A DNA stretch of 64,000 nucleotides from Octopus sinensis. Taxonomy: Eukaryota. The position numbers were made by a program, and so were the translations under genes. This document shows positions 13,591 through 24,026 of the stretch, piece after piece (within the stretch, counting starts at the first letter, position 1; the number at the start of each line of letters is the position of its first letter). The notes under the pieces are model-generated. The model was not told where the DNA came from. It did no database searches and was given only the letters and a program-made list of their open reading frames with translations. The stretch covers positions 20,460,001-20,524,000 of the forward strand of contig NC_043012.1 in NCBI RefSeq assembly GCF_006345805.1, written 5' to 3'.

Positions 13591-13954
13591 GATATAGAAA
13601 CTGCTTTGTTTTCTTTTCTGTTTTTTACATCAATCTCTGCAGCGCTAAACTTCTACCTGTCTTCTTCACTTATGATTGTGTTCGTGTGTGTGCGTGTGTG
13701 TGTGTGTGTTTGCAGGTGTGCTTTTGTTTGTGTGGGTGCATGCATCATTAGTATTTATTTAGGTGTGTCTGTGTGCTTCTTTGTGTGCGTTGGCGTGTTT
13801 GTGTGCGCTATGTAATGCAAACTATAAACCTTCCTTTCAATTTGCTTCGTTTTACACTCCTTTATTTCAAAGTTGCATTGTAGCAGCTTTCCAAATCACT
13901 TTTACTTCCATTTCACATGAAGTCACTTAAACTACACTACACGAATAAAAATAC

Positions 13955-14175
13955 ACATGCACGCACGCACACACACACACACACACACCACACACACACA
14001 CACACGCACGCACACACACAGCATACACACGCAGAGAATTGCACACAAGCACACGCTCGCACAATCACATTCAAAGACGCGTATACATAGACATATGTTA
14101 AATAATCTCATTCAATTTCCTTCTCTCTATCTCTGTATCTTTTTATCTCTCTGCACACACAGATATACGCAGATT

Positions 14176-14227
<52 letters not shown>

Positions 14228-14771
14228 CGTGTGTGTGTATGTGTATGTATGTATGTATATTATGTACAGACATACGTACACACGTGTACATACATATATA
14301 CATATATGAATACATACATACGTACAAAAATACGTACGTACTTACACATACATTCGAAAGGAACTCGTTTTAACCAGATAAAACAAAGTATGTATTAGGA
14401 AGAAAGAGCACAATATTTGTGTATAGTTGGTTATTTATTATAAGTTTTAGACAAATATATTTTAACTTATTGACAGCAGCTGCGATTGTTTGAAGTCAAT
14501 GTCAACAAATTTTCGTATATATATATATATGTATGTATGTATATATATGTATATGTATATACCTATATACGTATATATATGTATATATATATATACATAT
14601 GTATGTACACACACATATATCATACATATATATATATATATGTGAGTGTGTATATATATACATATATATATATACACACACACATATATATATATGAGTG
14701 TGTATATGTGTATATGTGTGTGTACGTGTGTATTACCTATGTATGTCTGTATGTGTATGTATGTATGTATA

Positions 14772-14838
<67 letters not shown>

Positions 14839-14840
14839 AA
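13955..14840. repeat. Compound (CA)n/(TA)n/(TATG)n microsatellite block
   Basis: Direct reading. Confidence 0.85.
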
Positions 14841-16489
14841 GATGTGAGTGTGGGAAAGAGGATGATAAATATACAGTGTTGTCGTACATAATATACGTTA
14901 CCAAATTATAAATTCTGATACCAGAATCACTGTAATATAAAAGTCATATAGATAATAGGACAGAGAGGACGAATAAACAGCCATCTCTTTTTATTTCCTG
15001 ACATGTTGCATCCATTTTAAATAAACTTCCTTGTATCTACTACGTATTTCCCCAAATTAAATGAAATAGTCATCTTCGTCTGTAGCTGGTGTAATTGGCT
15101 TCTGTTTTCCATTTTATCTAACAAAAACCAATCCTGCCTTCCATCTCAATCAAATTTCCACAAGCTTGTAACTTCTAACCCTAATGGAATGGATATTGAT
15201 GTTCATCCATATATTTTATCAGAACATCCGAATACCCCTTTGTGTAACTCAAACTAAATGCTTTCACAAGTTTCCGCTTTGCTGAGATTGTCGTCGCTCT
15301 AAATACCTCGACTTTCTTGCTAATTACTGTAATATGGTTGGTTACCACTAACGTTTCTGCCAGCTCGACTATAATACAGTCCTGTATTATAGTCTTGCTA
15401 ATTACTGTAATATGGTTGGTTACCACTAACATGGTCCTGAATTCTTCTATCTTGTTCGTTGTTCTTGCTTAAACTCACTTTTTCACAAAGTTTTCTAGGA
15501 ATCCAATTTAGTTATAACTCCGTTGTATCAACGCCTATTTCAGCCCAATCTCCCTCAGCAAGAAACGATTCTGTCTGTTTATAAATTACATCAACATAAT
15601 CTTCCCTATATTGGAATTCAAATCGTTTGTGATATTCCCATCAATTCCCTTATATCTTTGTCTCTATCACTTCCCCACAGTCCTGTATTATAGTCTTGCA
15701 GATTCTCACTTCCCGACTTTCGGTATCTGCATCTGCAACTCAAATATTAATCTCGTTCTAAGTCGAAGTAAATGCACGAGATTTGCTTCTCATTCGGGGT
15801 GATCAACATGTCGTTGAAACACACGCACGCACACACACACACACACACATACACACATACATATGCACATCTGAATTGTAACCAATCTTTCAACGGTATT
15901 GCCCGGTATGAATCTTCACATTCCTCATATTCCTTTCTAGAAAACAGTCGCTTCATTACAAACTCCATCGCAAATTTCAACATTTCATATACGATTCTAC
16001 AAATGCCTCTAAATTTCTCAAAACTCAATTCCTGCTCTAGGTATTCTGCCAGCCTGATCGGCTAATTTCATTATATCTCTTCTCACAGAATATACTGTAT
16101 AGCTTTCCAAGCTTCTCACAGAATATCCTGCATAGCATCCAAACTTTACTGCTCGGATACTTCGGTTAGCATCTTGTATACGTTCGTAAGAGACATTCTT
16201 CCAGCCACTTCTCGGCCTTGTGATTTTCTGTTGTTACACATTAATGAGACAACCTGAAAGTGGAAGGAACGTGGTGCAGCACTTACGTTCAGCCTGACCT
16301 GGTCCACTGCTCTGCAGAGATTACCTTCATGCCTTGGCTTCTGCTGCTACACAAGCTCTAATATGTAAAGTTTACTCTGTTAATGAAAAGCATCTAATTG
16401 TTATACTGTAATGTTTGTATGAGAGTGCGTGTTTATGCACGTGTGTGATTGTGCATGCCAGTGTATGCAGGTATGTATCTTTCAAATTT

Positions 16490-16690
16490 AACTAGTTTCA
16501 TAGTCTTTGGCCATGGTGGAACATCACCTTGAAGTATTTAGTCGAACGAAACCACTCTAAGATTTTTATTTTTATTTTCCTGTTCTCATAAGCTGAATCG
16601 CTACTTTACGGGGCCGTGAACAAACTATCATCGACTGTGAAGCAGTGGTTGGAGACAAAAACAACGCAAAGACGAAACACACAGACACAT
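16490..16690 (-). mobile_element. SINE family 1-related 3' half, old
   Basis: Reverse complement contains TTCGACTAAATAC...GGTGATGTTCCACCATGGCCAAAGACTATGAAAC, a degenerate family-1 tail. Confidence 0.55.
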
Positions 16691-17424
16691 AGATATATAT
16701 GCATTCACACACACATAGTAGTATATGTAAGTGTATGTTGTATGTATATATGTGTGTATATATGTATATATGTGTGTGTACATATATATATGAATATATA
16801 TGTACACATATTGGGATAACCACTACTTAATTACCTTGCTTTCTTCCTAGCTCTCCTGTGAGACCCTTCTGTCTGGCATTCGCCATGATAGATCGCTAGG
16901 CACTACACGTTCTGAATACAAGCGTTTTCCTTATTGGGGTGCACCGATTTACAGAGAACGCAGAGGTCTCCACAGGCTGCTTTGAGGTGATACACCGTGT
17001 CGATTTCCCCCTTGTCCTACATTTTTAATCGTAAAATCGAATAGGGGCAGGGATCTACCGGTTTCAATGTATTCCATAATGAACACATAATTAGTTCATT
17101 CACTGATGCTGTGTGAAATGCTAAAGCACCTCACACACAACTCGCACACAAATTGTGCACAACAATATCAATAAGCTTATATATCTGTATGTATACATAT
17201 ATGTGTGGGTTGGTGCGAGTGCGTGAGTGCATGTGTTGGGGTGCATTTATGTTTGTATACAGACATACACCAACATATACATATGTAAATGTGTGTTTGT
17301 GAGACAGAAAGAGGTGCGTGTGAGTGTGTGTGTGTAAGTAGATACATATACACATTTATACATATATTTAGAAATACATAATACCTTTGTAGATATATAT
17401 ATATATATATATATTATATATTAT

Positions 17425-17456
<32 letters not shown>

Positions 17457-17514
17457 AATAGTATTGGTGAATTGAAGAAATGGAGCTGCACGCAGATTGA
17501 ACAGAAATCGTTTT

Positions 17515-17605
17515 ATTTCATTCTACACGTGTTTCGAAAGGCACAATTTACCAAAATCCGATTGAATAATGGGACCATATTGTGTCTTTCTCTTCAGGAA
17601 GAAAA
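17515..17605 (-). ncRNA. Type I hammerhead ribozyme, intact core (left-arm copy)
   Basis: Minus strand: TTTTCTTC-CTGAAGA-GAAAGACACAAT...ATTGTGCCTTTC-GAAA-CACGTG-TA-GAATGAAA; predicted cleavage after position 17524. Confidence 0.85.
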
Positions 17606-18188
17606 TAGGAAATCCGTTGGAAAAAACAAAAACAACAGAGGCGGAGCAAAAACAAATCGAACTAGGCTCCTAAGAGCCCATGGCGAAACTGTTTATCAGT
17701 GTATGTTGAGAACCGGTGGCTGAAGAATTTAACGGGTCAGGCATCGGTCAATCATGTGGATGAGGGTGTGTAGATGTTCTTTGTGACCGAGAATAAAGTT
17801 CTGACTATTTAAGGAATATTGGATGTTTTATAAGGGGCGAGAAAAAATCTACTTAGAGACGTGTGTGTGTGTATACTGTTCTATATATGTGTGTGTTGGC
17901 GTAGGGGTAGAAAACATTTTTTGTGTACGTGTGTGCGTTTGATCGTTCGGCTGTCAGTGGCTACTGCAGTGAGAACCGTTGGGTGGCAGAAAAAAATATA
18001 TATATTATGTTTTATGTGTGTGTGTTCATCTAAGCCTGCCTTGTCAAGGAAACCCCCCGTTGTGAAAAAACCAAGCCCCGTTTATCTTACAGGAGTAATT
18101 CCCCTTGCAGTGGTTAATCGTAGATATCTTAAAGGCTATTTCAGAATTTGTTACCAAGGGCTATGGGTGCCGGTATTATTTATAAACG

Positions 18189-19553
18189 CTATTTAAAAGC
18201 CAGATAAGTGTAACGCCGCCAATGGGGGCATCGAAAAGCCGACTGTAAAAGCCCGTTTACCATCCGGCCTCTGGCAAACAAAATATGGAAGAGTTCGGAG
18301 ACACAAAGGTTGCACTGCCTTCTGCCCCTATCAAATGGGAGGGCCACCGACAAAATTGACCATTCCAGCCTGTAGCTTAAGTTCGTATCCTTCAGTCGCA
18401 ATATTAGCTTACTGAGTCCTGTGGTCTGGCGCTTGTTCATGTCCCGAAAAGTTGCGTAATGGTTGGAGACTCGCAAAGACAATCTTGAGGGTGAGGCCCC
18501 TACATAAGTGAAGACATCTGGTTCCATGTAAACCTTGCATTGGTAGACGGCGTTTTTGATCTTGGAGTTCGCCGACGTGAATCTTATTCTGCTAGGATTA
18601 GTTCTGAATTAGAACTGCGTTCCTGTCACTATATTCGTTCCGAGACCTGCAGCCGCTTACTACTCTATTTTCCACTACGTCACTATTAACTATAGGAATA
18701 ACCCCTGATTCTCCACTATCTATCAGAGTGCTGTCATTGCTAGTGCCCGTGGTGCTGCTATTGCGGGAAATGATGCTGGGGATGCTATTGGGGCTCTCTA
18801 CCCTACTCCCATTGTTACCGTCAACCACAACACCCCTATTTATAACTATACCCCTAGTGGGTACTCCCTGGCTGGAGCTGAGATTATGTGTCACTGTACT
18901 GGCTCTCATATCATTATTACTACTATAATTATTCCTACTGAGCATTAAACCGGGAGCGGAAGAGGCTGTGCCTCCGGAAAAAGGTGATAGGGTCTTAGTA
19001 AGTATCCTATTATTATGGGAGGCGATTATCTGGGCGAGGTTTTTAGTGTTGGAGAAAGCTATCCTAACTTTATGCGAGTTAACCGTGGAGTAATATTTGG
19101 AATTTCTGGGGAAGTTATTGGCGATGGCTTGTCTAAACATGAGGGGGAGGTTAGTTCTAATCTGCTTACCAAAGGGGATTACAAACCATATATGCTTATT
19201 CCTATCAGTGTGATGGGTCGGGACGCCAGCTCTCGCATTCGGGTGGGTGATTCTCGATGAATAACGGGTCTTGGTTTAGTGTAAGACCTCCCGGACCGAT
19301 AATTATCCTTGTTCGCTAAATTAAATGCGGGAGCGACTACCCCGGCATCCGCCGCGCTCCCGTCCTTACTTAAATGTTACTGTTATTATATACGGCCCTA
19401 TCCTGATAACCGAATGATGGCATCGGAAGGGCCGGATCAATATAAATTACCTTCTGCCTATAACCGGCCTTGGATAGTGCGGCGTTATAAAATCCGCTTT
19501 CTGCATAAAATATCGGCACTGGCGGACAAGCCAGACAATCTTAGAGAGATGTT
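18189..19553 (-). pseudogene. PLE ORF C-terminal part (RT thumb, linker, GIY-YIG), left arm
   Basis: ORFs 18598-19140 and 18189-18527; broken only by 1-nt indels, at positions where the right arm is intact. Confidence 0.8.
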
Positions 19554-19558
19554 AAAAT

Positions 19559-20928
19559 TTGGTTAAAAACATCTCTCTAAGATTGTCTGGCTTGTCCGCC
19601 AGTGCCGATATTTTTATGCAGAAAGCGGAATTTTATAACGCCGCACTATCCAAGGCCGGTTATAGGCAGAAGGTAATTTATATTGATCCGGCCCTTCCGA
19701 TGCCATCATTCGGTTATCAGGATAGGGCCGTATATAATAACAGTAACAATTTAAGTAAGGACGGGAGCGCGGCGGATGCCGGGGTAGTCGCTCCCGCATT
19801 TAATTTAGCGAACAAGGATAATTATCGGTCCGGGAGGTCTTACACTAACCCAAGACCCGTTATTCATCCGAGAATCACCCACCCGAATGCGAGAGCTGGC
19901 GTCCCGACCCATCACACTGATAGGAATAAGCATATATGGTTTGTAATCCCCTTTGGTAAGCAGATTAGAACTAACCTCCCCCCTCATGTTTAGACAACCA
20001 TCGCCAATAACTTCCCCAGAAATTCCAAATATTACTCCACGGTTAACTCGCATAAAGTTAGGATAGCTTTCTCCAACACTAAAAAACCTCGCCCAGATAA
20101 TCGCCTCCCATAATAATAGGATACTTACTAAGACCCTATCACCTTTTTCCGGAGGCACAGCCTCTTCCGCTCCCGTTTAATGCTCAGTAGGAATAATTAT
20201 AGTAGTAAATGAAATGAGAGCCAGTACAGTGACACATAATCTCAGCTCCAGCCAGGGAGTACCCACTAGGGGTATAGTTATAAATAGGGGTGTTGTGGTT
20301 GACGGTAACAATGGGAGTAGGGTAGAGAGCCCCAATAGCATCCCCAGCATCATTTCCCGCAATAGCAGCACCACGGGCACTAGCAATGACAGCACTCTGA
20401 TAGATAGTGGAGAATCAGGGGTTATCCTATAGTTAATAGTGACGTAGTGGAAAATAGAGTAGTAAGCGGCTGCAGGTCTCGGAACGAATATTGACAGGAA
20501 CGCAGTTCTAATTTCAGAAACTAATCCTAGCAGAATAAGATTCACGTCGGCGAACTCCAAGATCAAAAAACGCCGTCTACCAATGCAAGGTTTACACGGA
20601 CTCAGATGTCTTCACTTATGTAGGGGCCTCACCCTCAAGATTGTCTTTGCGAGTCTCCAACCATTACGCAACTTTTCGGGACATGAACAAGCGCCAGACC
20701 ACGGGACTCAGTAAGCTAATATGGCGACTGAAGGATACGAACTTAAGCTACAGGCTGGAATGGTCAATTTTGTCGGTGGCCCTCCCATTTGATAGGGCAG
20801 AAGGCAGTGCAACCTTTGTGTCTTCGAACTCTTCCATATTTGTTTGCCAGAGGCCGGATGGTAAACGGGCTTTTACAGTCGGCTTTTCGATGCCCCCATT
20901 GGCGGCGTTACACTTATCTGGCTTTTAA
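19559..20928 (+). pseudogene. PLE ORF C-terminal part, right arm
   Basis: ORF 19559-19993 VKNISLRLSGLSASADIFMQKAEFYNAALSKAGY...KHIWFVIPFGKQIRTN (PLE thumb/linker) and 20641-20928 (GIY-YIG, LSKLIWRLK). Confidence 0.8.
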
Positions 20929-21666
20929 ATAGCGTTTATAATAATACCGGCACCCATAGCCCTTGGTAACAAATTCTGAAATAGCCTTAAGATATCTACG
21001 ATTAACCACTGCAAGGGGAATTACTCCTGTAAGATAAACGGGGCTTGGTTTTTTCACAACGGGGGGTTTCCTTGACAAGGCAGGCTTAGATGAACACACA
21101 CACACATAAAACATAATATATATTTTTTTTCTGCCACCCAACGGTTCTCACTGCAGTAGCCACTGACAGCCGAACGATCAAACGCACACACGTACACAAA
21201 AAATGTTTTCTACCCCTACGCCAACACACACATATATAGAACAGTATACACACACACACGTCTCTAAGTAGATTTTTTCTCGCCCCTTATAAAACATCCA
21301 ATATTCCTTAAATAGTCAGAACTTTATTCTCGGTCACAAAGAACATCTACCCACCCTCACCCACATGATTGACCGATGCCTGACCCGTTAAATTCTTCAG
21401 CCACCAGTTCTCAACATACACTGATAAACAGTTTCGCCATGGGCTCTTAGGAGCCTAGTTCGATTTGTTTTTGCTCCGCCTCTGTTCTGTTTTTGTTTTT
21501 TCCAACGGATTTCCTATTTTCTTCCTGAAGAGAAAGACACAATATGGTCCCATTATTCAATCGGATTTTGGTAAATTGTGCCTTTCGAAACACGTGTAGA
21601 ATGAAATAAAACGATTTCTGTTCAATCTGCGTGCAGCTCCATTTCTTCAATTCACCAATAATATTT
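19568..21666 (+). mobile_element. Penelope-like element, 5'-truncated, right arm
   Basis: Inverted copy of 17456-19553. Confidence 0.9.
21517..21607 (+). ncRNA. Type I hammerhead ribozyme, intact core (right-arm copy)
   Basis: CTGAAGA 21525-31; stem II GAAAGACACAAT/ATTGTGCCTTTC; GAAA 21587-90; palindromic stem III ACACGTGT; GUA triplet with predicted cleavage after 21598; stem I TTTCTTC/GAA(T)GAAA. Confidence 0.85.
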
Positions 21667-21814
21667 TAATTTCAATTATCCGCACCAACGCACGGTTGCA
21701 ACACCATATGGTTGTACCTCCAACCGTGCTGTTTACTGCTGTGATTTTTGCTACTAAGGTATCGGTTAAACTTTTGATTAATCTACTACAAGATTATTCA
21801 TCTTTCTATTTCAC

Positions 21815-21867
<53 letters not shown>

Positions 21868-22312
21868 CTGATATATGTACGTGTCTCTATGTACGTTTAG
21901 GAGTGCGCGTGAAGGTGTGTGTGCATGTAAATACAAACTCATTAACGATTGTGCAAATTTAGCAAAATTTCGATGTTTGGAATATACGAATGTTGTCCTA
22001 CAGCCGACGTCGATACTGGAATGCATTTATGTTATTTGAAGGACGAATTCTTTTCGAAATAAAATCGATAATAAACACTCCTGCCTGCAGTATCATAAAA
22101 TATGCAATAATTTACATATTGTCGAAATTTCATATATTTCGAGCAAGACCATTTTGACATACATTTCTCTATGATAACGGTTATAAAATATAAATAACTC
22201 AATTTCATCTATATTAAAAAATTCATGTAGACAATTTCAAATAAAACTTCGCACACACACACGCTCACTCGCAGCGACACTAACAAATACATACATACAT
22301 ACACACATACAT

Positions 22313-22370
<58 letters not shown>

Positions 22371-22389
22371 GCATATATATATATATTAT

Positions 22390-22688
22390 TTTTATTCTTT
22401 TATGTGTTTCAGCCCTAAGGTTGTGGACAAGCTGGGGCACTGCCAGTGTTGTAGTCTTTTAATTGACCAATCCTATTTGATTTGCTTATGGTGAACAAGG
22501 GAGTTGGACACTGTCGCTCTCTCTTGAGTTTCCTGCCTTGATAGTGGTTCACATGGGATCTTGGATAGCAAGGGGTCTAGTTTATTCCTGAAATCATTTA
22601 TCTCCACTTTATGGAGATCTCTCAGATGTTTTGCCAAGGCGTTAAATGGCTGCGGGCCGTTGAATGCCAAACTATTGCAGTACATGGT

Positions 22689-22690
<2 letters not shown>
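22390..22690 (-). mobile_element. CR1-superfamily-like LINE, 3' end
   Basis: NSLAFNGPQPFNALAKHLRDL...FRNKLDPLLSKIPCEP...RATVSNSLVH, then tail GGCAGTGCCCCAGC...GGGCTGAAAC and an A-rich end. Confidence 0.75.
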
Positions 22691-22731
<41 letters not shown>

Positions 22732-22794
22732 CGTGTGTGTGTGTTTATGTATGCATGTATGTATGATGTATGTATGTATGTATGTATGTATGTA

Positions 22795-23977
22795 TCAGGT
22801 CATTAAGTATGAAATGTCCGATTTTCTTATACATCAAGTTTTATAGTCGATAACTCTAATGTTTTATCCTGACAGTTCTTTGTTTCACAACATTGAAGCG
22901 TTACATAATCCCTTTTCCCAATGCAGTTCATGGTATCTGATTATATTGTGAGCTTTCTCTTGTAAATCACTTTTTGTGAACCCATGGATAGATCAAAATT
23001 TCCTGTTGTTTATGAATATGAATTCCGTTGTGGAAGCAATTCATTCCAGACAGCTTGAAACAGCAATGTGGTGTTCAGTGAAGATATGGCGAATGAACGC
23101 ACTGAATCTGGGCTTTTTGAGAATTTTTGTTTGGCGACTTTACTCCTGAAAATCAGTCCCATAGTTGAGATGAGACCAAGGTGGATAATTATGAGCTGGA
23201 AGCTTTGTGGAAGCGGATACATCTCAAACTACGTGTGAGTAAGCAGCAAGGTTTGGTGTTTCGATTCCAACTGGACAATCTGAAACAAATTGGAAAGGTA
23301 ACACACGAACTGAACGAGCATCAGGTAACACGTCGTCTTGAAACATGCTGTGTTTTGCTGTCAGGGCATAAAACCGAACCAATTTTGCATCGTCTTGCTA
23401 CGTGTGATGAAGATGGATTCTTTTCAAAAATAGCAAGTGTTCTTCACGGTGTTGGGATAGATACGAAGTACAAAAACACAATCAAAACAACAATATTCAC
23501 TAAAAAACGTTAATGGTGTCTTTCCGGTGATCCAGCGCCGTGTCATCGACTACAGCTTCGAGACTTGGTAAGTCAATTACAGCGGATGGATGCATCAACC
23601 AAATGTTTGAAACTTTGAATGAACTTGCAATTAAACAACCGAAATTGGTCAATTGAGACATGCCAATTCTCTTGCAAGAAAATTCTCGACTACATGTTGC
23701 ACAGAGAACGCAACTCAAGTTACAGGAACTGAACTTGAAAGTACTCTGTCATCCACCATATTCAAATCTGAAGAATATGCAGAAAGAAGTTTTCGTGATT
23801 TCATCACCTCATGCTCTCCAGAATTCTTCGCTGCCAGCATAAATAAGCTACCGCTAAAATGGCAAAATTGTATTGATAATTTAGCTGCATACTTTCATTA
23901 ACTGCATTGCTTTTTGTTGAGATAAAGTAAAATTAACTTTCATTTGAAAATCGGTCATGTCATTCTTAATGACCTTA
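22795..23977 (+). mobile_element. Mariner transposon, decayed
   Basis: Imperfect TIRs T(C/A)AGGTCATTAAG...CCGATTTTC; TA flanks at 22793-94 and 23978-79; fragments LHRLATCDE, ILLQENSRLHVA, VLCHPPYS, INKLPLKWQNCIDN. Confidence 0.88.
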
Positions 23978-23983
23978 TATATA

Positions 23984-24026
<43 letters not shown>

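Larger units (their letters stand above)
17456..19553 (-). mobile_element. Penelope-like element, 5'-truncated, left arm
   Basis: RT-thumb/linker (MFRQAIANNFPRNSKYY...VRIAFSNTKNLAQIIASHNNRIL), GIY-YIG (NAVYQCKV...TYVGAS...RVSNHYATF...LSKLI.RLK...WSIL...CNLCVSE...CPH), then 3' UTR/pseudo-LTR with hammerhead. Confidence 0.9.
17456..21666. repeat. ~4.2-kb palindrome: two ~2.1-kb inverted arms with a 14-nt spacer (19554-19567)
   Basis: 17462-19553 is the reverse complement of 19568-21660 (TATTGGTGAATTGAAGAAAT / ATTTCTTCAATTCACCAATA at the tips; TTAGAGAGATGTT / AACATCTCTCTAA at the centre); arms differ by scattered substitutions and 1-2 nt indels. Confidence 0.97.

Noticed and set aside
17456-21666. 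Arm differences as a fossil of A-to-I editing
   Set aside because: The substitutions I checked are mixed (A/G both ways, C/T, T/G, A/C) with no A-to-G bias; homopolymer indels dominate
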